Shown: positions 8,133 to 17,631, counted from the stretch's first letter. The stretch is DNA of 28,197 bases from a virus (IMGVR_UViG_3300048880_000066:1-28197); one strand, 5' to 3'. Notes: a model not told the origin generated them from the sequence alone. Program-made: numbers and translations.

Positions 8133-9698
8133 CTAAAAAGAAGGAACCATTGATTGACCCAATATCCCCTGATCGAGTTTCCACAATTGCGAATACCCAC
8201 CAATCGCCGGAGAGAGCATCCATGTCACATTGTGAACCGTCCCTCCCTGATCGATTTTATGGGAGATATTCTCAATAAAAAACTCCGAATTAATTCCGAG
8301 GTTTGCGTTGTTCTGTGCAACGACTGTAACGCGATCTGATATGTCTCTCGCTATCGCTTGATCCATATTGTTTTGCGAAACATTTGCATTAAATGTCATC
8401 GTTAAAATCGGCACGGGAGATTTAAAAACCGACATATGATAATTGCACCATGATTGCGCCTGAACATGTGTCGGGATGAACTCCGTTGCCGCTGTGTGCA
8501 TCCGATCTCCGAAGATCGCTTGGCTCGCACTATCAACCGCTTGGACGATGACCGGATCGTCTCCCTGTACGCTGTCCCCTCGCGCCTTGAGGAGCGTTAT
8601 AAATACGTTATCGGTTGTATGTGTATTGGTGACGGTAATAATCATCTGTGTCGCTGTCTTTGTGACATCAACATCGAGATAAGTTGTCATATTATTTCCG
8701 CTTCCATCAGCCGCCAGATTTCCCGTGTAATCTGTAGTGGCGACAAGATCGTGCCACGCGTTAACTTCAATGGCATCGTTCGGAGAATTTGTGTTCGGAT
8801 AACTTGCGATCCAAATTCTCTGTTCGCTTGGCGTAAGCATCGGACTATCCGCTCCTGTGTCCCCAAGTGTCCAGAGATCAGCAAAATAAGTGAACGTATA
8901 TCCTCGGTAAACTGCTTCGATATGATTCACGACAGTTCCGAGCGGGTCTTCCTGTCGCAATGTCATATAAGAATGGGTCGCCCCTCCTGCGTCGCTGAAC
9001 GTTACAAGTGACGCATTATATGGTGGGTTCAATCGCGTTTCGCGAGACTCGAAAACGATCTTCCCGTCGTATGATTCGCGGACGAATCCGGCTTCGGTTT
9101 CTTCGACAAGTCTCAGGGCTTTGATGGTTGCTTGATCTGTTGTCCACCATCGGGTCATAGTGGTCTTACCCTCTGCGAGAGTCCTGTCGGTAACCGACCA
9201 ATCCGCCGCATCAAGAATCGCCCCGATTGCTTGATCTGTGCGGATGTTAGTTTCAGTTATTGACTTTGGCATAAACTCGTTTAAATATCCGAGTGCGCCG
9301 TATGCTTCCAGAGTACACGTCGCAAGAGCGGTCGACGCTGGCTTCGGTGCAATCGTTTGAAGTTTGCCCGCCCACATGTCCTGCGCTTCTGTGGAGAAAT
9401 CAAAAGGAAAGGTATAAGGAAACGAGGCAGATGCGCCAGTTCCGAATCTTACCGACCGCGCCGGAAGAATGTTTCCTGCTAAAACAGAGGAGGCGTTTAG
9501 AGGCGAATACTTTCCAGATTCATTGTTGAGAATTGCCGTAAATTTTCCGGCAGAAGAGTTCCCCGTTAGTTGCGACGCGTAGTCTCTACCGCGTCGGAAA
9601 CTAACGCTCAGAACGTCCGAAGTTATATCGTCATAAGTGCCGATAAAATCCCCGTTATTGTCCCAGTCAACTTGAAGTTGATATGTCGTTACTACCAT
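8133..9698 (-). CDS. Minor tail protein (baseplate hub/Tal-like)
   Basis: 521 aa with VDWDNNGDF...DITSDV...RRGR...LNNESGKYSP N-terminus and DISDRVTV...FFIENISHKI C-terminus, typical of siphovirus hub proteins; downstream of the TMP. Confidence 0.7.
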   Translation of the reverse strand: MVVTTYQLQVDWDNNGDFIGTYDDITSDVLSVSFRRGRDYASQLTGNSSAGKFTAILNNESGKYSPLNASSVLAGNILPARSVRFGTGASASFPYTFPFDFSTEAQDMWAGKLQTIAPKPASTALATCTLEAYGALGYLNEFMPKSITETNIRTDQAIGAILDAADWSVTDRTLAEGKTTMTRWWTTDQATIKALRLVEETEAGFVRESYDGKIVFESRETRLNPPYNASLVTFSDAGGATHSYMTLRQEDPLGTVVNHIEAVYRGYTFTYFADLWTLGDTGADSPMLTPSEQRIWIASYPNTNSPNDAIEVNAWHDLVATTDYTGNLAADGSGNNMTTYLDVDVTKTATQMIITVTNTHTTDNVFITLLKARGDSVQGDDPVIVQAVDSASQAIFGDRMHTAATEFIPTHVQAQSWCNYHMSVFKSPVPILTMTFNANVSQNNMDQAIARDISDRVTVVAQNNANLGINSEFFIENISHKIDQGGTVHNVTWMLSPAIGGYSQLWKLDQGILGQSMVPSF

Positions 9699-9822
9699 TT
9701 TTTAATTCTGCCTTCAGTTCATCCCTTTGTCGCTCTGCAACTATCCTTCTAAGTTGCTCACTTGCCAGAGGATTCTCTGCACACAATTTCGCTATATCTG
9801 CATCTGTAATTTTATCTTCCAT
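9667..9822 (-). CDS. 51-aa hypothetical protein
   Basis: Not in the ORF track. MEDKITDADIAKLCAENPLASEQLRRIVAERQRDELKAELKNGSNDISTSS*; bridges the gap between flanking genes. Confidence 0.6.
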   Translation of the reverse strand: MEDKITDADIAKLCAENPLASEQLRRIVAERQRDELKAELKNGSNDISTSS

Positions 9823-10144
9823 CGGGATTTGTATGTGCCTTTTCTATACACCAATCCGAAACCATTGTTTCAACTTCTGCGTCAGTCATATCTCTCACCT
9901 CTTGAGGATTTCCTGTAGCACTTGGGTCTACATTAATTTTATAAGCCTCAATTCCATGAATCTCTTGTACAAAAGTTAAGAGTTCTGCGTGGGTAAGTAG
10001 TGTTCCACCGCCAAGTCCTATTCCAACTGCCCAAAATGTTGGGGGGTCACTAGAAATTTCTGTAGGATGCCGGAATCGGGGCGCGTCAAAAATGTAACGA
10101 GGCTGTTCTTCCCTTGCAACTAATTTATATTTCAGTATCGCCAT
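9812..10144 (-). CDS. Hypothetical protein (fibre module)
   Basis: RBS GAGGA; colinear with the operon. Confidence 0.7.
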   Translation of the reverse strand: MAILKYKLVAREEQPRYIFDAPRFRHPTEISSDPPTFWAVGIGLGGGTLLTHAELLTFVQEIHGIEAYKINVDPSATGNPQEVRDMTDAEVETMVSDWCIEKAHTNPDGR

Positions 10145-10967
10145 GCTTGTCCTCTCTGTATAGGAATTCCCCTCTTAATAATTTATCCAACCCAATATGA
10201 TTCAAAACATCCTGATGGGCATCCCCGAACTGTTCTACCATGTCATCAAGAAACGCATATAAATGAGTTACCCTTGGCATCTGCCCTTCTTCAATTAATT
10301 CTTCACAATGGGCAATATAATTTCCGATAATCTTTTGAGCGACCTGCAGGTGAATCCCATACTGCTCGAAGTATTCTGCATTACCGTTGGTAATTTTTTT
10401 TTGCAAAATCATGTCTCTATGACCCTGACGAAACGCTTGACGAATGTGGTGTTTGATTTCATCACGTTCTGCATCCATCTCGTCCCAATTCTCAGGAATG
10501 CCGTTGTTAATTCTTATCTCTTCATATGCTTCCTGAAAAACTGCAAGTTCTTTAAACGCTCCATCAAAATAGATTTTACTTCTCTCCTGTTGATATAAAG
10601 TTTCCTCTATCCTGATTTCAGCTAACTCATCTCCTTCTTCCGCTTGCCGTTGCCACTTTTTTAAACGGACTTCCATTTTCCTCATTTGGAAGTATTGTGA
10701 TTCAATAGCCTTTCTTCTATCCTCAATTTGTGCAAGACATTGACGCAATCTCCTATAGGGCGCATCTGTCAACATAGTTAAAGTCATTAACTGATTTGTT
10801 GTCTGAGTTTGTGAGCGTCCAAGAGTTTTATTTGCCCTATCAATCTCAACCATTTTTTCTGACACTTTCACTAACTTGTCAGGAGTCATAGTGTCTAAAC
10901 CTGTCGAGATATGTTCGTATACTTTCGCAAGGTCTAACTGCTCCGCTCTTTTAATTAAGTCGACCAT
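10125..10967 (-). CDS. Alpha-helical/coiled-coil hypothetical protein, possible fibre chaperone
   Basis: 280 aa, charged and helical, coupled (TAATG) to the upstream fibre gene. Function is inferred from position. Confidence 0.75.
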   Translation of the reverse strand: MVDLIKRAEQLDLAKVYEHISTGLDTMTPDKLVKVSEKMVEIDRANKTLGRSQTQTTNQLMTLTMLTDAPYRRLRQCLAQIEDRRKAIESQYFQMRKMEVRLKKWQRQAEEGDELAEIRIEETLYQQERSKIYFDGAFKELAVFQEAYEEIRINNGIPENWDEMDAERDEIKHHIRQAFRQGHRDMILQKKITNGNAEYFEQYGIHLQVAQKIIGNYIAHCEELIEEGQMPRVTHLYAFLDDMVEQFGDAHQDVLNHIGLDKLLRGEFLYREDKHGDTEI

Positions 10968-12031
10968 TATTGATTTCCTACTCCTGCTCCGTTTGTAGTA
11001 ACACCATAATTCAATGCGTTAGCCCCCACAGTAGCCAAACCTAATGTCCCAACGTTAAAAATTAAAGTTCCGGACTCATATGCCGATGACCCCGACCCCC
11101 CTGCAATAACCCCATAAGTTCCATTTCCTGTTGTACTGTTTGCTTCCCTTGCATTTGCCATGTTCCCATAATCAGTACCAACACCGAATGAAGCTGTGGT
11201 GTAGTGGAACATCGCATTACTATGTCCTCCATATTGCCAAGCCCCGCCTGCAAGAACTATTCGTGAACTTCCTAAACCACCGTCAATAGCATCACAATTA
11301 TAGTTATATCTAGGAGTTCCAGCTTCTAGGTTCCCTGCTAATGCAGATGTTCCTCCAGTTGCAAAGGTTTCATAGTCCCAATTTGTTTGACCTGTACTCC
11401 AAGGGCTTCCTCCAAACGTACAGAAATAAGTTGCCCCACTTGCACTTCCCGCCTGTTCACGAGTTCCATATAAGTTCCCATGAGCTGTACTAGTTCCTGT
11501 TGTTGCAATAGTTATTTTATTTTTAGTGCTTGCCGCCACAGCGGAAGTTGTATTGTAGCCCCCTCCATATATTCCTGTTGTTCCGTCACTTCCACCTCTG
11601 CCCCCATAGAATGCATATGGTGCTACAGTTCCCCAATTCGTTGAATATCCAAAAGTGGCGGCAGTTAGGTAATATATCCAATTCTGAGCAGACCCACCGC
11701 CAAAATTGGGTAGTCCCCCTGCGTTTACAATTCGAGTTAGATTAGACATTTTTCCTGTGTAGTTATAACGCTGATACCAATTCATTGATACCCCGTGGGT
11801 ACTGCTTAATCCCCAAGCAACTGCAAGAGTTACGCTGTTGCAATATTCATAACGTAACTGGTAACCACCACTTCCACCTGAACCAAAACCGCTATAACTA
11901 AAGTATCTATCTCCTGCCCAAGGGGTAGGCGGAACGTGAGTAGGAGGCCATACTTGTCCATAAGCGGCATTGCGTTGCTGATTTAAATCCCATACCCCGT
12001 TGGCATCAGTAGTGTTAGGTATTCTAGCCAT
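10967..12031 (-). CDS. Putative tail fibre/receptor-binding protein with Kelch-like repeats
   Basis: About six imperfect ~45-aa repeats (GG...YxTxATxGxxxxxGNL/M), G/S/T/Y/N-rich; RBS GGGAG. Confidence 0.7.
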   Translation of the reverse strand: MARIPNTTDANGVWDLNQQRNAAYGQVWPPTHVPPTPWAGDRYFSYSGFGSGGSGGYQLRYEYCNSVTLAVAWGLSSTHGVSMNWYQRYNYTGKMSNLTRIVNAGGLPNFGGGSAQNWIYYLTAATFGYSTNWGTVAPYAFYGGRGGSDGTTGIYGGGYNTTSAVAASTKNKITIATTGTSTAHGNLYGTREQAGSASGATYFCTFGGSPWSTGQTNWDYETFATGGTSALAGNLEAGTPRYNYNCDAIDGGLGSSRIVLAGGAWQYGGHSNAMFHYTTASFGVGTDYGNMANAREANSTTGNGTYGVIAGGSGSSAYESGTLIFNVGTLGLATVGANALNYGVTTNGAGVGNQ

Positions 12032-12040
12032 GATTTCTCC

Positions 12041-12898
12041 CTAAACAAAAAATAGATATGGCATTACTGGAAATATACCCTGTGTAGAAGTAGTTCCATT
12101 AGTAGTGCCATAAGGATTAGAATCTGAAAATGTACCAGTTGTTGCTATCCATTGAGTAATCACGTTTCCATCACTTAATGTGATTGTATTTCCCCCCCCA
12201 CCACCACCAATAAAATTTCCCGCTGTACTTCCCCTATAGGTAACTGCGGTCGTTCCTCCAACTCGATAAGCGAAAGCGATTGTATACGTTGACCCAAAAC
12301 TTAAAAGTGGCATTGCCCCTGACCCGCTGTAAGGAGTGGAGGGGTCAGGATACCTCAAGAACTGAAAAGCCCCAACGGATGCCCCTTGAGTCACCCCTGC
12401 AAAATAATCTCCCCATACATCACTTCCCATTGAATATCCCGGATATACAAAGCCAGTATCGTAAATAACATTTGCATTAATACAGCCGTTTCCTGAATAT
12501 ATCTTTCCCATCCACGTTGGCGCACCTGATGACATCCATGAAGAAGTTGAGACCCCAAAACCAGCTCCGAATATTTTGTATCCCGCATGAGAACCTGTTT
12601 GACTAAGATTAAAAGAAATAGCGTCAACATTATTCCAATTAGCATCCATTGACCAATTGCCTGTCATAGTGCTTGCCGCTCCCGCATTTGTTGCCGCGGC
12701 ATTTCCATCTGTTATGGTGACGGTATCACCAGAATATCGCTTTATATAATAAGGTGTCCAAGCGGCAGGGACAAAAGGGTCAGGCCATTCGCCACCTTCC
12801 CTAGCCTTTCGGACGGCATTCATTTTCCATATGCCATTGGCATCATTATCGCTGTTGCTTGGGATTCTATAATTAGGCAACGTCTGTAATTGCCTCAT
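12041..12898 (-). CDS. Putative tail fibre/receptor-binding protein
   Basis: N-terminus RIPSN..DANGIWKMN...EWP is shared with 10967-12031; G/S/T/A-rich. True start may be TTG at 12880. Confidence 0.7.
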   Translation of the reverse strand: MRQLQTLPNYRIPSNSDNDANGIWKMNAVRKAREGGEWPDPFVPAAWTPYYIKRYSGDTVTITDGNAAATNAGAASTMTGNWSMDANWNNVDAISFNLSQTGSHAGYKIFGAGFGVSTSSWMSSGAPTWMGKIYSGNGCINANVIYDTGFVYPGYSMGSDVWGDYFAGVTQGASVGAFQFLRYPDPSTPYSGSGAMPLLSFGSTYTIAFAYRVGGTTAVTYRGSTAGNFIGGGGGGNTITLSDGNVITQWIATTGTFSDSNPYGTTNGTTSTQGIFPVMPYLFFV

Positions 12899-13253
12899 AA
12901 CTTACGACAACATCAAGGTCATCAACGGTTTGAGCGACTGCCATTAATCTGTTTCCTGTTCCAGTTGCAAGATGATTAATATAGAGCGGTGTATCTATAA
13001 TGCTAAGAGATGAATCCGCAGGGATTGTAATTGTCTTGGCTAGATAAGTCACCGCTGTGTTTTCATCAATATAAATATCAATGTCACAGTTATTTGTTCC
13101 ATCAATATTTGAAACGATTATCATATTGACCTTATGGGTGTAATTCGTAGGAACTGCATCCATAATAGATGTGGCTGTAAGTGCCGCTAATTTAGTTGTC
13201 TGGTTCTGCCCATAGATATGTTCTACAGCCACAATGTCGGGTGGATTCGCCAT
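12873..13253 (-). CDS. Small beta-rich virion structural protein
   Basis: KVNMIIVSNIDGTNNCDI...YLAKTITIPADSSL...VVVSYEAI pattern typical of phage fibre clusters; RBS AAGGAG. Confidence 0.7.
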   Translation of the reverse strand: MANPPDIVAVEHIYGQNQTTKLAALTATSIMDAVPTNYTHKVNMIIVSNIDGTNNCDIDIYIDENTAVTYLAKTITIPADSSLSIIDTPLYINHLATGTGNRLMAVAQTVDDLDVVVSYEAITDVA

Positions 13254-13263
13254 TTAATTCTCC

Positions 13264-13722
13264 TTAAAATAATAATGCTAATGCCGCCGCCAAGCCGACT
13301 GATGCTCCGCTTGCTGACGGTGTAAACCATTCAGGGATTCCCCCTGCTGAAACTCTTATCTGTTGATTGAGTATTCCGATACCTAATTTGGCGAGAGTAT
13401 TCGCACCGCTTGAATACGGGATATCCCCCGTAGTCCACGTGGTCTGTCCTGTCCCGCCATAAACTTCAGTCACCGCCGTTCCTTGCCAAAGCCCTGAACT
13501 GATTGTTCCAACCTTAGTGATTGCCAGCCATGCCGGAAGTCCACCCGATACCGTCAGCACCGTATCCGTTGCGCCAATCTGTAACCTTGATAATTGCGAG
13601 GTTGACGTGGCATGAAGAGTGTCTCCGATTGCCTGTCCCTGAAATTGATGAGAATCAATTCCCTCCCATTCGGCTTCCGTCAAAGTAGTCCCGACGTCGA
13701 TATGTCTTAATTCATCAGCCAT
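13264..13722 (-). CDS. Minor tail/fibre-attachment protein
   Basis: Two GDxxYxxxxxxLxxLxIG...PxW repeats and a hydrophobic C-terminus VGLAAALALLF; directly after the TMP. Confidence 0.7.
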   Translation of the reverse strand: MADELRHIDVGTTLTEAEWEGIDSHQFQGQAIGDTLHATSTSQLSRLQIGATDTVLTVSGGLPAWLAITKVGTISSGLWQGTAVTEVYGGTGQTTWTTGDIPYSSGANTLAKLGIGILNQQIRVSAGGIPEWFTPSASGASVGLAAALALLF

Positions 13723-15905
13723 TAGTCAATTACTCCTTGAAATCCGCCTCGAAGTCTGGCATTTTTAACAGCTTCAGAAACCTTCGCATCAAAGTCGTCC
13801 ATCCCATACGAGTCGCCCTGAACGTTAACCGTTATGTTTTGTATACTCTGAACCTCGCCACCTCTTCCGCGCCAGCCCTGCTTCGGCGCAAAATAATCAT
13901 CTCCAAACCGATCCATCATGTTCATGCTGTGGGCGATCTGACCGCCAATTCCTCTTGCTCCAAATGTTTCTTCCGTTCCCAATTGACCTTCTCTGTAGTT
14001 TCTTTCCTTATCCCTTTCAGCAAAGGTTTTAACTGTTGGAATATGCTTAAATGGATTGATTTTATTTATTCCACCAATCGCGTCATTAAGCCCTTCAATC
14101 AATACATCTGTCGCATCCTTTAAGTGTTGAACCATCCCGTCGATATTTCCGGATAAAAGATCCATTAAGGCTCCCCACATGTTGCCCCAAAACGTCGTCA
14201 TCTTATCGACGAATGCTGAAAAATATTCAAACACTTTGTCTTTTCCTGACATGAAGTTTTCTTTGATTTTTTCCCAAAAATCTTCGCCGAATATAATTTT
14301 CCCAAGCGTGTCCATTAATGCGAAAAATATATCCTTACTGAGTCCGAATTTTGCTTTGATTTCATCCCACACATGCATGAAGGCATCAAAAAAATGCTGT
14401 CCGGCATCTTTGAAGTGTTCCATTGCGGCTGACCAATCTCCGTTAACTAAATCCCATAAGCCTTGAAAAACATCAATGACACCTTGAATACTGTCGACGA
14501 GTGCAAGCATAGGGCCAGCAACAATTTTTTTAATCCTGTCCCAATTTTCTGCACCAAATATCTGACGCATATTGTAATCAAATACCCCCCAGAGGTCTTG
14601 TAGGGCCTGAATATTCTCTTCCCATTTATTCATCCACACGATAACCGCGGCAATCGCCAACCCAATTGCGAGGATCGCCAGTCCGATCGGGTTCGCTAAT
14701 AAGAATATAAGGAGAGGCATTAACATTGAAATCATGATCATTAACGGCGCAACTGCCGCCCCAATGATCATTCCAAAAACTATAAACTTTTTGGTTTCCT
14801 CGTCGAGTTCGGAGAACTTCTGAATTAAAGGCGTAAGGTGATCGTTTAAAAGTTCTGTCAGAAGTGGAAGCAACTCGTTTCCCATTTCGATCTTCGCGCC
14901 TTCCATTGCTGACGTAAACTCTTTCATCTCTCCGGAGAGTCCTCGCATCTGAATATCGGCGACTTCCTTTGCAGTTCCGCCAGCGTCCATCAAGGACTGT
15001 TCCATCGCTCGCAATGCTTCCGTCCCCTGTCCAACAATCGCAGACATTCCAGCCCCAGCACGTTGTCCGAATATCTTCAACATGGACGAGGTGTTTGCGC
15101 CGGAATTTTCAAGCTGTTCGACGATTTCCACAAACGGAAGGAGGTTTCCTTCCGAGTCTTTTAAAACGATTCCCAATCTCTTCAGTTCTTTCGCAACATC
15201 ATCGACGGGATCAAGTAGTGATCCGATCGCAAACCGGAGCGAAGTTCCTGCCATTGTTCCCTGTATGCCAGCATTACCCATCAAAGCGATCGCCGCTGTT
15301 ACGGATTCAAATCCCATTCCGGCAGAGGACGCGATAGGCGCGACCATTTTCATCGACTCGCCCAACATCTCCATGTCGACGTTTGCGCTCGTCATTGCCT
15401 TGGCTAGAACGTCATTTGCGTGTCCTAACTCTTCAGTCGTTAAGCTATAACCCGACATAATGTTTGACGCTATGTCTGCGGTTCGTGCGATATCTAATTG
15501 CCCCGCCGCCGCCAAGTTAAGAATAGACGGCATCGCGCCGAGAATCTCGTTGGTTTCAAATCCTGCCATCGCGAGAAATCCCTGCGCTTCCGCCGCTTCG
15601 GTAGCGGCGAACATCGTTGTCCTTCCAAGGTCGCGCGATTGATCCCTGAGGGCGTCTAAGTCTTTTCCTGTTGCCCCGCTCAATGCGCTGACACGATTCA
15701 TCGATTTTTCGAATTGCGCCGCCGTGTGAATTGCTGAACCAGCAATTCCCAAGATCGGCATCGTAACGCCGAGCATCATTTTTTTGCCAATGGAACGGAA
15801 CTGCCCGCCCATCTTTTTCATGCGGTCGCTCGACCTGTTCAACGCGTTGTCGAGGCTGGCTGAATCTCCCTTTATATGTACGACTAAATCGCCGACGTTT
15901 GCCAT
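13722..15905 (-). CDS. Tail tape measure protein (TP901 family)
   Basis: FEKSMNRVSALSGATG...LGRTTMFAATEAAEAQGFLAMAGF core, GIQGTMAGTSLR, a hydrophobic segment and Trp/Phe-spaced helical repeats; 727 aa. Confidence 0.95.
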   Translation of the reverse strand: MANVGDLVVHIKGDSASLDNALNRSSDRMKKMGGQFRSIGKKMMLGVTMPILGIAGSAIHTAAQFEKSMNRVSALSGATGKDLDALRDQSRDLGRTTMFAATEAAEAQGFLAMAGFETNEILGAMPSILNLAAAGQLDIARTADIASNIMSGYSLTTEELGHANDVLAKAMTSANVDMEMLGESMKMVAPIASSAGMGFESVTAAIALMGNAGIQGTMAGTSLRFAIGSLLDPVDDVAKELKRLGIVLKDSEGNLLPFVEIVEQLENSGANTSSMLKIFGQRAGAGMSAIVGQGTEALRAMEQSLMDAGGTAKEVADIQMRGLSGEMKEFTSAMEGAKIEMGNELLPLLTELLNDHLTPLIQKFSELDEETKKFIVFGMIIGAAVAPLMIMISMLMPLLIFLLANPIGLAILAIGLAIAAVIVWMNKWEENIQALQDLWGVFDYNMRQIFGAENWDRIKKIVAGPMLALVDSIQGVIDVFQGLWDLVNGDWSAAMEHFKDAGQHFFDAFMHVWDEIKAKFGLSKDIFFALMDTLGKIIFGEDFWEKIKENFMSGKDKVFEYFSAFVDKMTTFWGNMWGALMDLLSGNIDGMVQHLKDATDVLIEGLNDAIGGINKINPFKHIPTVKTFAERDKERNYREGQLGTEETFGARGIGGQIAHSMNMMDRFGDDYFAPKQGWRGRGGEVQSIQNITVNVQGDSYGMDDFDAKVSEAVKNARLRGGFQGVID

Positions 15906-16153
15906 TATCTCTTTGCCTTGCTCTCCATCTTTTTCTGGTTGTCTGCCTCTCTCATAAGAGCGAGTTCAACTATCGGAAGAACTGACACGGGTTCTTCCAT
16001 AATGACCGACGGAGGACAGCCATAACGCTGTGCCATCCCGTCGATCATTTCTGCAACCGATAACTCGGTCGGCTTCGTTATTGGCTGACCGTCCCGATCG
16101 CTTCCGCCGCCGACGGAGAGAAACCGTTTTGTGTCAGCCTTGAGACTTCCCCC
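15905..16153 (-). CDS. Tail assembly chaperone gpT part (reached by -1 frameshift)
   Basis: Open -1 frame from the slippery GGGGGAA to stop 15905; MAQRYGCPPSVI motif; immediately upstream of the TMP. Confidence 0.75.
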   Translation of the reverse strand, partial: GGSLKADTKRFLSVGGGSDRDGQPITKPTELSVAEMIDGMAQRYGCPPSVIMEEPVSVLPIVELALMREADNQKKMESKAKR

Positions 16154-16467
16154 GACGACGACACTTGCTCCACCCATGCCGTCAAGACAGCAAGCGCGAG
16201 AGTAAATGGCAACTGTCCGAACCCGTCTGAATCAGTCGGAATCGAAGTGCCATCGTCGTCGGTTACATCCCAGCTTTGTAGGACGTCAGTTGCAAAAGAC
16301 TCGAACCCCTCTTGCATTTTTTCTGCGTCCTGCGATGCCAACAAGACCTGAAGGTCAAAAAAGACCTTCAGGGTCACATTACTTTTGACCATGATTTTCA
16401 TCTCGTCCAATTCGGGTTGCGCCTTGAACGTCAGCAATTCATTAGTCGATCGTAGTTTAAAAGCCAT
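16078..16467 (-). CDS. Tail assembly chaperone (gpG-like)
   Basis: Start MAFKL at 16467 just after the tail-tube stop; VLQSWDVTDDDG..IP motif; lies between tail tube and TMP. Confidence 0.8.
   Translation of the reverse strand: MAFKLRSTNELLTFKAQPELDEMKIMVKSNVTLKVFFDLQVLLASQDAEKMQEGFESFATDVLQSWDVTDDDGTSIPTDSDGFGQLPFTLALAVLTAWVEQVSSSGEVSRLTQNGFSPSAAEAIGTVSQ
16147..16153 (-). promoter_or_regulatory. Programmed -1 ribosomal frameshift site GGGGGAA
   Basis: mRNA reads TCG GGG GAA in the G frame; a -1 shift gives GGG GGA AGT, the 15905-16177 frame. Confidence 0.75.
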
Positions 16468-16469
16468 AA

Positions 16470-16886
16470 CTAAACAGTAGTCCAAGTCGGAACAGTTCCG
16501 TCGGCTAATTGCAACGTTACGCTCCACGTTAGGGATCGATCATCGCCGAGAGAAATATCATAATTTTCGATTATGTATTCTCCCGCCATTTTTGGGTTGG
16601 TGGCAGTATTTCCACCGATCGCAATTGTGACCGTTCGCGCTGTCGTCCGAGTTTTGAAAACATCGTGCGACTTGTCGGTCGCGGCGTTGAAGTATCCTTC
16701 AAGTCCGATCGAGCCGTCCTGAAGTCCTCCGATCCTTTCCGGCGCACTCTTGTCGAGTCCTGTCACCTCCAATATGTTTGTCGGAAGGTTTATGGAAATT
16801 GAAGATATGTCGTTCGATATATCCTGCCAATTCCCTGCTGAGTTATCCACCGCAACATACGTTCCGGTTCCTGCTATTTTTGCCAT
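16470..16886 (-). CDS. Major tail (tube) protein
   Basis: LEVTGLD...RIGGLQDGSIGLEGYF...IIENYDISLG...WSVTLQ tail-tube pattern; RBS AAGGAGG. Confidence 0.8.
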   Translation of the reverse strand: MAKIAGTGTYVAVDNSAGNWQDISNDISSISINLPTNILEVTGLDKSAPERIGGLQDGSIGLEGYFNAATDKSHDVFKTRTTARTVTIAIGGNTATNPKMAGEYIIENYDISLGDDRSLTWSVTLQLADGTVPTWTTV

Positions 16887-16902
16887 TTTTAGACCTCCTT
16901 AA

Positions 16903-17622
16903 TTAGTCTCTGGCGAAATCAACTGCAAACACTAAATTCGTAAACGTGTTCGTGCTTCGACATCTTAGATATCGATTTACCGTTCCCGTAACGGCGACAT
17001 ACTCGCTGTTCGGGGACGTTGTTACAGCCGTAAAACTTATGAGATCAGTCCATGCCGATCCGTTTGTGGAATGCTGAATTTTTACGTCAGCAGTTCCAGA
17101 CGAAAGCGAGAACACTTGAAGAACAGCACTTCCGCCGCTTGATGACGACGCTCCGCTGTCTACCGTTCCTCCAGATGTTGTGCTTGCGTGGGTGTCTTGA
17201 TGAGACGTTAACATCACCCCGAACTGTGGAGTATATGTGTTGGATTCAAAACTCGCAGAGGCGGAGACGGCGGCATCGACGCCGGTATCGACATCGTAAT
17301 TCGCGATCTTTGCGACCATGTGAATCGACGGGTCGCCTTCAGCAGAACCCATCGGAACGAGTACGTTCTGATCCGTTGTCGGTACTTTGCCGGAATTAGC
17401 GGTGAACAGCGCATGGGATCGCCCAGCCGCCGCGTCAAACCAAACGCTCACTCCCATCGTTCCCGATCCTAATCCGGTGATACGTTTGTTCGCCGTGACG
17501 TCCAACGTTGTGACATCGAGCATCGTGCTGGAGTAACCGATTCCGTCGAGACTGTTTGCGTCTCCCGACAGGTCGTCTCCCTGTACATATAACCGAATAT
17601 TATTTCCGTTTACTTTTGCCAT
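16903..17622 (-). CDS. Second tail-tube-like protein with extra C-terminal domain
   Basis: N-terminal ~130 aa align with 16470-16886; C-terminal VKIQHSTNGSAWTDL...RYLR beta domain. Confidence 0.7.
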   Translation of the reverse strand: MAKVNGNNIRLYVQGDDLSGDANSLDGIGYSSTMLDVTTLDVTANKRITGLGSGTMGVSVWFDAAAGRSHALFTANSGKVPTTDQNVLVPMGSAEGDPSIHMVAKIANYDVDTGVDAAVSASASFESNTYTPQFGVMLTSHQDTHASTTSGGTVDSGASSSSGGSAVLQVFSLSSGTADVKIQHSTNGSAWTDLISFTAVTTSPNSEYVAVTGTVNRYLRCRSTNTFTNLVFAVDFARD

Positions 17623-17631
17623 CTCTTTCTC

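Noticed and set aside
12192-12199. C8 homopolymer as a phase-variation tract
   Set aside because: Explained by a Gly6 run in an intact frame; no evidence of length variation.
6697-13253. Diversity-generating retroelement acting on the fibres
   Set aside because: No reverse transcriptase in the window and no near-identical TR/VR pair seen; paralog similarity is N-terminal and mostly at protein level.
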